From Ginglymostoma cirratum (lineage: Eukaryota): 42,664 nt of DNA. The notes beneath the pieces were generated by a model. It had not been told where the DNA came from and made no database searches. It saw only the letters and a list, made by a program, of their open reading frames with translations. The position numbers and the translations under genes were made by a program. Shown here piece by piece: positions 33,201-42,664 of the stretch. The first letter of the stretch is position 1, and each line of letters starts with the position of its first letter. The stretch lies in assembly GCA_024137785.1 (NCBI GenBank), contig JAHRHZ010000002.1:9914694-9957357 (forward strand). The letters run 5' to 3'.

Positions 33201-35452
33201 AGGGGACTATTCATTGCCTTCATCACTGATGCAGAGTGACAGTAAAGAGTGTATCCCTGAGAAGATGCACTGCAGGATCCCGCCCAGCATCATTTGACAG
33301 TACATTCCCAACTCATAAAACCTCCTTCCTCCAAGGCCAAAGGGAGCAGACAGATGGGAACACCACCATCTACAAGTTCACCTCCATGTCTCATCCTGAC
33401 TTGGAACTAGCTCACCGTTCCCTCACTGTCACTGAAATACAATTTGAGAGTTTGCTCCCTAACAGCACTCTGGCTCTTTCTGCAAATGGTGGAGGCAATG
33501 ATTCAACATTCTTGCTCACCGCCACCTCTGAGAGCAAATAGCAACGAACAATAAATTCCAGCTTTACCTGTAACACGCAGATGTCATTGACTAATATTAA
33601 AAAAAGTCCAAGCGGATTACAATGGAAAAAGAGCAAAACATTCAGCTTCTTGAAACTGTCAGACTGGAACATGAGGAGGCCATTCAGCCCTTCAAGATTG
33701 CTATGCAGGAATAGGAAGAGGTCATTTGGCCCCTTCAGTTTTTGACACAGTGACAGGAACAAGTTCCTCAGATCCGTGATGCTGGATATTCCCATGTCAC
33801 TTTTAGTTTCCACCTGTGTTCCATTTCCAATGTTGGGGTTTTGTGGACCTCGGGAGCGGATGGTTGGTTTGTGGCATGTGCAGCTGCAGGGAAGGAACGG
33901 TTACTCCATTTGTGTGTATGCACTGCGGTTGCAATGGTATAGAGTCATAGAGTCATACAGCAAGGATACAGACCCTCCGGACTGTTTAGTTAATCAATGA
34001 GTATACCACAGTTAGGCTGAATGGAGAGAATAAAATATCAGTTACTGAAATAAAATGAAGATTTGAGAAGCCATTTTGTTAACTTATTATCCAACGCTGG
34101 GGAAAGGAGAGAATTTCACAATTCACTTCGGCCTCATCCGTTGAAAAATCAGACTTTGTTCAGTTCTCGAGTTAATACATTTTTCACTTTTTGCTTTACT
34201 TGAAAATGTATTTTCTAACTTGTAACTTTTTCACTTTTCTATTCTTTAATGTTCAATAAATCATTTGAAACAAAAGTTTTTGCTGTCGCATTATAGTTAA
34301 TTCTCATACGAACCGGAATAATTTTAAATCTTGGATTCACTGAAGTTAAAAACATGAAATCAAATAAATTGTACCAAATAAACCACTCTGACAGTCATAT
34401 ATTCCAGGGTTAAAATCGCAGTCAGCACCCTTCTTCAGAAATGGGGGAGCGGGAAGGAAGCTCTGAAATAGATAGAGAGGGGACAGGTGGGACTGGGAAA
34501 GGTAGCTGGGACGGTGATAGGGGAGTGCAGGTAGGCAGTAGTGGGGATTGGTCAGTGAGGGGAGAGTAGCAGATAGGTGGTAGAGAAGATGGACAGGTTG
34601 TGTCAGGTCAAGTAGTTGGGATATGAGGGAGGGTTGGTCATGGGATGAGGGCAGAGGTGGGGAGATTTTGAAGCTAGTAAAGTCCACATTGAGACCATTG
34701 GATTGTAGGGTTCCCAGGTGGAGTATGAGGTGCTGATCCTCCAGTTTCTGGGTGGCATCGTTGTGGCACTGGAGCAGGCCCCAGGATGGTCTTGTCGTCC
34801 AGGGAGTGGGATGGGGAGTTGAAGTTGTTCGCGACCGGAAGGTTGTTGTTTGTCACGAACCGAGCGTAGGTGCTCCACAAAGTGGCCTCCGAGCCTCCGT
34901 GTGGTCTCCTCGATGTAGAGGAGACCACACCGGGAACTTCGGATACAGTATACCACATCAGCGGATGTGCAGGTGAATATCTGTTTGATGTGGAAGGTCT
35001 TCTTAGGGCCTGGGATGGGGGTGAGGAGGGAGGTGTAGGGGCAGGTGTAGCACTTCCTGTGGTTGCAGGGAAAGATGTCGGGGCTGTTGGAGAGTGTGGA
35101 GTGGACGAAGGAGTTGCAGAGAGAGTGGTCCCTCCGGAAGGCAGATAAGGGTGGGGAGGGAAATATATCCTTGGTAGTGGGGTCAGATTGCAGGTGGCTG
35201 AAGTGGCAGAGGATGATGCGTTGAATCCGGAGGTTGATGGGGTGATAGGTGAGGACAAGGGGAATTCTGTCTTTGTTTAGATTGCGGGGAGGGGGTTTGA
35301 GGGCTGAGGTGCGGGAAACGCTAGAGGGGCAGTCGAGGACGTTTNNNNNNNNNNCCCAGTAGCCAGCCTGGCACTGTTCGCTCCCCCCCAACCCATTACC
35401 CCCCTGCAGAGAGCTCTCCACACAGAAGCCCCAGCACTAACAGTCCGATCAT
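21250..35452 (-). CDS. MHC class I heavy chain gene A (nonclassical-like), 7 coding exons, 341 aa if spliced canonically; leader donor is non-canonical
   Basis: Exons of 49+261+270+258+111+33+44 nt = 1026 nt join in phase 1 with no internal stop. The order leader/alpha1/alpha2/alpha3/TM/cyt/cyt is the canonical class I structure. Linkage of the leader crosses two N gaps. Confidence 0.9.
21332..21690. repeat. Degenerate AG-rich low-complexity tract in intron 6
   Basis: Purine-rich plus strand, which is pyrimidine-rich on the coding strand upstream of the exon 7 acceptor. Confidence 0.85.
21686..21921. mobile_element. Old palindromic Penelope-derived element, family B
   Basis: Degenerate homologue of 25561-25787, with inverted arms around GTCACTGGAC. 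Confidence 0.7.
21986..22018 (-). CDS. Gene A exon 6: cytoplasmic (GQVKSNYSPTD)
   Basis: ttgttttacag acceptor, gtaagc donor, 33 nt, phase 1-1. Contains the Tyr typical of the first class I cytoplasmic exon. Confidence 0.88.
22377..22910 (-). mobile_element. CR1-type LINE 3' fragment
   Basis: EHCEQFWVPCLRKDV..IQRRFTRMIPGLKGLSYEE motif. Confidence 0.85.
23000..23110 (-). CDS. Gene A exon 5: connecting peptide and TM (DPKSHSQVPVTLGIVFGVIGIIAIAVAVGAVIIYKKK)
   Basis: (TC)n polypyrimidine tract then gacag acceptor, donor gtaaga, 111 nt, phase 1-1. Hydrophobic helix followed by a KKK stop-transfer. Confidence 0.93.
23829..24170 (+). mobile_element. HE1-type V-SINE
   Basis: A box GGCTCAGTGG, B box GGTTCAATTCC, and V domain. 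Confidence 0.85.
25098..25323. mobile_element. Palindromic Penelope-derived element, family A, with hammerhead motifs on both strands
   Basis: Arms of about 95 bp, inverted, centred near 25226. Plus strand CTGAAGA (25231-25237)...GAAACGTC (25250-25257). Direct repeat TAATTACAGT(G/A)AAG at 25084-25097 and 25324-25337. Confidence 0.9.
25561..25787. mobile_element. Palindromic Penelope-derived element, family B, with 15-bp TSD
   Basis: TTCATATTCTATGAG at 25546-25560 and 25788-25802. Arms of about 90 bp, inverted. Minus strand CTGAATAG-GGGTC ACTG GACCC-GAAAC. Confidence 0.9.
26159..26416 (-). CDS. Gene A exon 4: alpha3 C1-set Ig domain (LSCLVTGFYP...LPNHDRTYQ...YSCYVEHSGL)
   Basis: Acceptor ctctctccctcag, donor gtaagg, 258 nt. 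Has the CxxxGFYP and YxCxVxH motifs. Confidence 0.97.
26657..26926 (-). CDS. Gene A exon 3: alpha2 domain (GIHTYQMVVGCDL...WDGQDLISFD...NRWD...LEDECVQWLRKYL)
   Basis: Acceptor acag, donor gtgagt, 270 nt. Has the C101-C164 pair, D119-G120, W147, W167 and Y171. Confidence 0.97.
27133..27393 (-). CDS. Gene A exon 2: alpha1 domain (ATHSVRYFHTG...GYVDGVQF...REQWM...FWKRK...SRTNQTL)
   Basis: Acceptor tttcag, donor gtgagt, 261 nt. Contains class I motifs HSxRYF and GYVD and the N86 sequon NQT. Confidence 0.97.
28945..31185 (+). mobile_element. CR1/HER1-type LINE ORF2 (endonuclease to RT), frameshifted
   Basis: VPEDWRLANVV..KKGGKEKPGNYR.VSLTSVVGK, YMDFSKAFDKV, QGSVLGP and ADDTK motifs. Confidence 0.93.
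31190..31620 (+). mobile_element. RTE/BovB-type LINE 3' fragment
   Basis: RGGQSMRFKDSLRASFKKC and RIGIISHIRTH zinc-finger remnant. Confidence 0.75.
32255..32682. repeat. 39-bp minisatellite (GACACTGTCCCCGTCAGTCTGTGAGCTGTGTCCCGTAC[T/G]) in intron 1 of gene A, spanning an N gap
   Basis: About 10-11 near-identical visible copies. Two copies carry a 6-bp (CTGACA-type) insertion. Confidence 0.95.
34420..35344 (-). mobile_element. Penelope-like element 3' part (GIY-YIG), the probable autonomous relative of family A inserts
   Basis: RIPLVLTYHP, PCNHRKCYTC and FTCTSADVVYCIR.SRCGLLYIEET.RRLG.HFVEH motifs. Ends in TTTCTGAAGAAGGGT. Confidence 0.92.
35404..35452 (-). CDS. Gene A exon 1: signal peptide MIGLLVLGLLCGELSA
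   Basis: ATG at 35452 starts a hydrophobic 16-codon leader nearly identical to 1855-1807. It is followed by GGGGGTAATGG where the paralogue has GTAAGTAATGG. Confidence 0.85.
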
Positions 35453-35745
35453 TGTGCCTTCAGCTAACAGCCTGGGAGGAGAAATGAGTGAGAAATTATT
35501 TTCTAGCGGAATGTCTCAGTCTGCGAGCTGCGCCCTGGTCTGATCGCGAACCCTGTTCCGGTTCACACAGGCACCTTCACGCTGATTGGATGAATGCGAT
35601 GCTGGGGCCAATCAGATAAAAGATATTCCGTGAGAACTCAGTCTCCAGCAGAATAGACACCAGATAAGTTTGAAGAACTCCTCTCAGTATCGGAATGACC
35701 CAGCCAGACCGACACTTCCACTTCCAAGTTCAGTTGCCGGGACAT
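35453..35745 (-). promoter_or_regulatory. 5' UTR and promoter of gene A (CCAAT box 35582-35589, Y box 35608-35615, X1-like box 35728-35741)
   Basis: Alignable with 1856-2130. CCAATCAG and CTGATTGG are on the minus strand. The proximal X2 and distal Y boxes are degenerate relative to the paralogue. Confidence 0.7.
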
Positions 35746-36099
35746 GGCAATTATTCAGTTGAGAAATATTTCTGGAAAGGACGAGGCCATTCAACCCTTC
35801 GGAGCTGCTCGATCGTCCAATGATCTGAACTCCAGTGTTATCTCCTTCAAAAGCCAAAGCACTAGACCCCAACTTAGACCCAAACTCTCCAGCCATCCCA
35901 TCAGGATGTCAGCAGACATTTTCAAATGTCTCAGAGAAGGGAAAAATGATGGTAAAATGAAAATGAAAAATTAGAGATGGACAATAAATGCTGCCTGGCC
36001 AATCATGTCCACATTCCACGAGTTCCGGACACTCCCCCAACTCCTGACAAATGCGATAGCAACATTATCATCAGATGTCCCTCGCAGGTGAGGTTGACT

Positions 36100-37045
36100 C
36101 TCTTCCACTCTCAGGATGAGTCGGTAGGTGGCCGTACATGAGGAGCAGGTGATGGTCACAGGAATATGTGGATAGCGCATTAGTGTGGCAGCAGGCACCT
36201 TTTGCTGTTTTCACCTGGCTTCCATTTTATTCCTGATGGCAAGTCTCCAGGTGCCCCACACTTTCCCTGCTGCTCCTCTTCCACTTTGGATGGCCGCAGG
36301 CCAGTGATTCCCAGGTGCCTGTAGGAATGCCGCACTTCCCCAGTGAGGCCTTGAGGGTGTCACTGGAGCGCCTCCCTCTGTCCACCTGGGACTTCCCTGA
36401 CGTTTCGGAGCTGGGAGGAGAGCACCTGCTCGGGGACCCCCATGTCGGTCACGTGGACGATGGGCCCAGCCCATTGCAGCCAAGCAAGGGCAGTCAGTGC
36501 CTCGATGCTGGGGATGTTGGCCTGGTCGAGGGCCCTGGTGTCAGTGCGTCTTTCTTCCCAGCGGATTGGCAGGATCTAGCACAGGCAGCTTTGGTGATAC
36601 TGCTCCAGTGCCTTGAGGTATCTGCTGCAGATAGTCCGTGTCTCAGAGCCTTATAGGAGGGTGGGAACCCACTACAGCTCTGTAATCCATGTCCTTGGAA
36701 TTGGGTCTGATGTTGTTGTCCTCAAATGCCCTTTTTCTCAGGCAGCCAAAGGCTATGCTGGCACACTGTGGTGGGGCTGGATCTCTTCATCAATAACTGC
36801 TTTGGCTGACAGGACACTTCCGAGGTTTTGGAAGTGGTCAACATTGTCTAAGGCCTCCCTGCGGACCTTGATGATCAGGAGGTTGCTCCACCCTGCCAGG
36901 TCAGGTTGATGAAGGACTTTCGTTTTGAGGATGTTCAGGGTGAGACCCATGCTCTCATATGCCTCTGTAAAGTTGCTGACAATGGTCTGCAATACAATTG
37001 AAGCCACAGGATACACAGCAAATGCAATAGGCCCCGAGAACATCC
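36100..37045 (-). mobile_element. RTE/BovB-type LINE RT fragment
   Basis: FTEAYESMGLTLNILKTKVLHQP and VDHFQNLGSVLS..IDEEIQ motifs. Confidence 0.85.
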
Positions 37046-37092
37046 TGGAAGTAACGTGTCCCGAGTCAGACTGTTCGAATACAGTGATCGCA

Positions 37093-39330
37093 TAGAGTTA
37101 TAGAGTCATACAGCATGGAAACAGACCCTTCAGTCCAACTAGTTCCCGCCAACCATAGTTCCAACTAAACAAATCCCAGCTGCCTGCATTTTGCCCATAT
37201 CTCTCCAAACATTTCTTATTCATGCACCTACCCAAATGTCTTTTAAATGCTATCACCACCACTTCCTGTGTAAGTTCATTTCACACATGAATCACACTCT
37301 ATGTAAAAAAATTGTCCTCGCTGTCTTTTTCAAATTTTTAAAAAGGTGTCCCCTAGTCTTGAAATCACCCACGGCAGGGAAAAGACACCTGTATTCAACT
37401 TATCTATAAGTCTCATGATTTTATAAGTCTCCATAAAGTCACCCCTCAACCTCCTATGCTCTAGTGAAAAATGTCCCAGGCTATCCAGCCTTTCCTTATA
37501 ACACAAGTCCTCCATTCCTGGCCACATCCTGGTAAATCACTTCGGAACTCTCTCCAGCTTAATAATATCCTTCCTATAACTTGGCAATCAGAAGTGAATA
37601 CAATACTCCAGAAGAGGCTTCACCAACACCCTGTACGACCTCAACATGATGCCCCAACTCTTAAACACCTTCTTAACCATCCTGTCTACATGTGATGCAA
37701 AATTCAAAGAATTATGTTCCTGAACCCGAAGGTCTCTCTGTTCTACAATACTTTCCAAGGCCTTAATTGTAATTAATTTTAATTGGATAAGCCTGCCCTT
37801 GTTTGTTTTACCACAATGCAATACCTTGCATTTATAGAAATTAAATTCATCTACCATTCCTCAGCCCATTGACCCAATTGATCAATATCTGTTTGTCATC
37901 TTAGATAAGCTTCCTCATTGTCCACTACGCCACCAATTTTATTGTCATCCGCAAACCTACTAACCAGGCTTTTTCGTGATCTAACTTTACTAATTAGTCT
38001 GTTGTGTGGAATCTTGTCAAAGGCTTTACTGAAGTAAACAAGGTCTACCACTCTGCCCTCATCAATCTTCTTGGTTACTTCGTCAAAAAATTCAATCAAT
38101 TTTGTGAGATGCAATTTTCCTCGCACAAAAACATGCTGACTATCTCTCATCGTTCCCTACTTCTCCAAATGCGTCTCAATTCTATCTTTCAGAATCACAT
38201 CTAAAAATTTATCCGCCACTGAAGTCAGATTCACAGGTCTATAGTTCCCAAGCTCCTCCTTACATCCATTCTTAAACAAAGGCACAAATTTAGCTACTCT
38301 CCAGTCATCTGGCACCTCACCCGTATTATAGAAGACACAAATATTTCTGCAAATATTTCCTCAATTTCCTCCCTACTTTCTCACCATGTCCTGGGTTACA
38401 TGAGATCAGTTCCCAGAGATTTATCCACCTGTGTATTTTCTAAGAATTCCAGCACTTCCTCTTCTGTGATATGAACCGATTTCAAGACATGCATCTTTAC
38501 TTCCCGGAGTTCTTTAGCCTCCATTTCTTTCACCCTCCAAGCCTTTAAGACTATGTTATTCGCAGTCAATGTTTGGAAAATTAAAATTACCTGCTACTAC
38601 AAGCTTATTATTCTTACATATACCTGAGATCTCTCTACATATTTGATCCTCAATTTTTCTCTTACTATTGGATGGTCTGTAGTATAATCCTATGAAGGTG
38701 GTCAAGTCTTTCTTATTTCTAACTTCAACCCATATGTTTACACTGGATGAATTTTCTGAAATATCTTCTCTGGTCACAGCAATAATGTTTTCCTTAATCA
38801 GAAACGCCACAGTCCCCCATCTTTGGCCTCCCTTTCTCTCCTTCCTATAGCATCTGAAAGCCGGTACATTGAACAGCAAATCCTGTCCATCCTTCAGCCA
38901 AGATTTAGTAATAGCAAGGTGTCCCAGTCCCATGTTCCTAAACATGCCCGGAGTTCATCAGCCTTATCTGTAAGACCGCTTTCATTAAAATGCAGTTTAA
39001 TTCTTCAGAGTTACTTTGTTGTCTGTCTTCCTGTTGTCTATCTTTCAAATCAATTTGTTCTTTTCAGATTCAAAAACATCCTCATCTATCTTTCAATTTA
39101 CTCTTCTACTTAAGGTCCCTCCACACCCCTCTCAATGGGTTGCAGTGTCCCCTAATAGAAGTAGCAAATTTTCCCACTGGGACGTTGGCCCCTTTGCAGT
39201 ACAGAGGTGAAACCCATCCTTTTTGAACAGATCGTTTCTGGCCCAGAAGACATCTCAATGATCCAAGACACTGAATCCCTTAATGTTACACCACGTCTTC
39301 AGTGATTAATTTATCTCAGAGATCCTTTTA
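37093..39330 (-). mobile_element. CR1-type LINE, internally deleted (endonuclease, RT, 3' tail)
   Basis: GLYYRPSNS..GNFNFPNID, FSKAFDKIPHNRL, FADDNK and CYKERLDSLG motifs; CTATGACTCTAT-like tail. Confidence 0.9.
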
Positions 39331-39649
39331 CTCTTTCCCTCACTTGAGCTGGGAACCAAAGATTACTGTCTTTGAAATGATAGGCTATATAGATGGCAGG
39401 AGTAACCTGGTCCACAACTGTCTGAGCACACAACTACCTGCCTGGCCTGTCTCCCCTACCTCCCCTCCCTCACTGTTCTTTACCTTCTCAGACCTCACTC
39501 AACCTCTCCTGCTCACACAGGTCCAGGGACCAAGACCCGAGCACCATTCCTCCCATCCTCTGGCTGCCTCTGAACTGGGCCTTCCGGCACTCGGAATGGG
39601 GCCGAGCAGAAACCCCTACAAGCTGCCTGCCTGCCAGCTGGGGCACCCG

Positions 39650-41460
39650 CACTCCAGCCCAGTGTTTATAGAATGCAATTTCATAACTAATTTTATGACA
39701 ACACCCCCAGCCCAGTGTTCAGATAACACACGTACAATATTGTTAGCCAATATGTTTATATAACACACACAGCCCCCAGTAATTTTATAAAAAACAACCC
39801 AGCCCAGTGTTTATATCACATTCCCCCCCCCCCCAGTAATTTGATTACAACCCCCGGCCAGCTCAATGTTTATATAACACCCCAGGAACTTTATAACAAA
39901 CCAATAGACCGGTGTGTTTATATAGCACCGTTCCCACCAATATTAGAAACCCCCTGCAGCTCAGTGTTTATATAACACGCAGTCCCCAGTAATTTTATAA
40001 CAACCCCCCCAAGACCAGTGTTTATATATCACCTCCCTTGGTAACTTTATTGCAACCCGCCCCAACCCAGTGTTTATGGAAAACTCACTCCCCAGTAATT
40101 TTATGAAACTACCCCAGCCCAGTGTTTCAGTAAATTTTATAACAATCCCCCAGCCAGGTGTTTAAATAAAACTCACCCCGCACCCCCAGTAAATTTATAA
40201 CAACACCCCCAACGTTTATATAACACCCCACCAGTAGTTTGATATGAATATCACTAGCCGAGTGTTTGTATAACACAGCCCCCAGTAATTTTATAACTAC
40301 ATGCAGCCCAGTGTTTATATAACACACACCCTCCGAGTAATTTTATAACATATCCCAGCCCAGTAATTTTATAACAAGCCCCCACCCCTGTGTTTGTATA
40401 ACACACACCTTCTGAATAATTTTATAACAAACCCCGCAGCCCAGTGTTTATATCACACACATCCCCAGTAATTTTATAAGAGTAACCCCCCCCCAGGTCC
40501 AGTGTTTATATAACCCCCCTGAGTAATATTATTACAATCCCCCCCAGCCCAGAGTCTATATAACATCCCACAGTACATTTGTAATAACCTCCCCCCACAG
40601 CCCAATGTTAATTTAAAACACATTCCCCAGTAATTTTATAAAAATAACACCCCGCAAGGTCCAGTGTTTATATAACCCCCTGAGAAATATTATTACAACC
40701 CCCCCCCAGCCCAGAGTCTATATAACACCCCACAATACATTTGTAATAACCTCCCCCACCAGCCCAATGTTAATTTAAAACACATTCCCCAGTAATTTTA
40801 TAACAATCCTCCAGCCTTGTGTTTACATAGCACCCCACCCATTAATATTATAAATCTCCTGAAGCTCAGGGTTTTGATTACACTCCCCCCCAACAGTAAT
40901 TTTATAAGAACCCCCTCCCCAACCAAACCAGCTTTTATGTTTTTTTTCCTTTATTCATTCATGGGATGAGGGTGTCGCTGGCTGGGCAGTATTTATAGCC
41001 CACCCCCAAGTTTAGAGTCAATCTGTGGCAGGATTTGAACCAGGGTCCCCAGAATTTTATCTGGGTTTCTGAATTATCAATCTAGCAAAAATACCACTAG
41101 GACATAGCCTCCTCCTTATCGTTACCCCCCAGTGATTTTACAACGTCCCCCTGCCCAGTGTTTATATAACACACACCCCAATATTTTTATAACAAACCCC
41201 CCCAGCCCACTGTTTATATAACACACACCCCAATATTTTTATAACAAACCCCCCCAGCCCAGTGTTTATATAACACACTCACCAATATTTTTATATCAAC
41301 TCCCCCGGCCCAGTGTTTCTCTAACACACCCCCCAATATTTTTATATCAACCCCCCCAGCCCAGTGTTTATGTAACACACCCTCAGTAATGTTCTAACAA
41401 CACCCCCTTTGCACTGTATTTATGTTGCCCACCTACCCAGTAATTTTATAACAACTTCCC
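39650..41460. repeat. Degenerate satellite, unit about 54 bp (CCCAGCCCAGTGTTTATATAACAC + CCCCAGTAATTTTATAACAA), interrupted by a SINE at about 40937-41115
   Basis: Two related half-units alternate over about 1.8 kb, with a strong C-versus-G strand skew. Confidence 0.9.
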
Positions 41461-41774
41461 CTGTCTGTGCTTTTAAAACTGAACCCTGTCCTCTTAATAG
41501 GTTTTTCCAAGACGGTTTACACTTATAGTGATTGTGGTTTTTAACCTGGACTAATCATGGAGCCCGATGACGGATATAAACACGAGATTCAAAGATTTCC
41601 TTCATTCAGGTACTGGCTCTGAATCGGTTAATCAGCACTGACGCGCTGTGCAAATTTAAATAAAGGGGACTTGGTGATTGGATCCCTGCCCCCCTCGGAG
41701 TTATTTCCGTGGTGACCAGAGTACAACAGTCTGCTCCTGAAGAAATTCACGTGCAAAAGTCATCTTTGAGTTCT

Positions 41775-42027
41775 GAATCACAGAGTGGAAATAGGCCCTT
41801 CAAACCAACAACTCCCTGAAGAGCATCCCACCCAGAATCACCCTCCTGCCCTCTCCCTGCATTTCCCATGGCCAAACCACCTAAACTGCACATTTTGGAC
41901 TGCAGGAGGAAAGCAGAGCACCCACTGGGAGAATGTGCGAAACCCCACACAGACAGTTGCCTGAGGCTAGAATTGAACCTAGGTCCCTGGTGCTGTGAGG
42001 TGGCAGTGCTAACTACTGAGCCACCAT
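41775..42027 (-). mobile_element. HE1-type V-SINE
   Basis: GGTGGCTCAGTAGTTAGCACTG head, GGTTCAATTC B box, and V domain. Confidence 0.85.
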
Positions 42028-42526
42028 ATCAGGGAAGCATTTCTGGCAAAATGTCTTTATTCAGGAGCAACTGAATAAAGCCAACATTTGGGAGCAACTG
42101 ACAATAGAGGTTAGCTAGCACTGAGATGCAAGTTGCAAACTCATTGTTTAAACTTTAATATCAGTAGACTTTTTCCTCAAAGTCAAGAATTCAATAATTA
42201 ATTTTCTCCATACTTTTCCAGCTTCCTCCCCATTGCAAATTCCACCTGAGGGAGTGTAAAATTCTTTATTTCTTGATTAGTTTTGGAAAAATTTTAAAAG
42301 TTTGAATTGAAGGCAAGGAGGGGAATCTGTTAATGTCTGGGGATGCACTGACATCACGGTAATATCACTGAATTGGTAATCCTGAACCTGAGGGTCATAA
42401 TCTGGGACATGGTCTTGTATCCCACATGGCAGATCCTGAAATTTGAGCTCGGAAAAAAATGTAATTAAAAGCTAGTTTAGTGGTTAGATGTAAACCATTG
42501 TCAATTGCCATCAAAGACGATCTTGT

Positions 42527-42664
42527 GATAACAAGGTGTGGGGCTGGATGAACACAGCAGGCCAAGCAGCATCATAGGAGCAGGAAAGCTTGACGTTTCG
42601 GGCCTAGACCCTTCATCCTAGGCCCGAAGCATCAAGCTTTCCTGCTCCTATGATGCTGCTTGGC
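42527..42664. mobile_element. Palindromic Penelope-derived element, family A, cut by the window edge and inserted into a SINE
   Basis: Same arm as 3356-3517. The minus strand has GATGA-AGGGTCTAGGCCC-GAAACGTC. Confidence 0.88.

Overview
This is repeat-rich vertebrate genomic DNA, almost certainly from a shark (HE1-type V-SINEs, CR1/HER1-type LINEs, Penelope-like elements). It has two 10-N assembly gaps, at 32404-32413 and 35345-35354. The only host genes are two head-to-tail MHC class I heavy-chain paralogues on the minus strand. Gene A can be rebuilt by hand from seven phase-1 exons: leader 35452-35404, alpha1 27393-27133, alpha2 26926-26657, alpha3 26416-26159, TM 23110-23000, cytoplasmic 22018-21986 and 21293-21250. 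Together they give 1026 nt and 341 aa. Gene A keeps the class I fold but has lost half of the classical peptide-anchoring residues, so it looks nonclassical. Its leader donor reads GG instead of GT, and parts of its promoter are decayed. Gene B contributes only its promoter and an intact leader exon (1855-1807). Its promoter has two tandem X-Y modules, and one is class II-like. The rest of the window is transposon relics (Gypsy, CR1, Rex1/Babar, RTE, PLE, SINEs), two minisatellites/satellites, and at least six short palindromic Penelope-derived inserts that carry minimal hammerhead-ribozyme motifs, four of them with about 15-bp target-site duplications. Transposon boundaries are approximate. 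Exon boundaries were read base by base.
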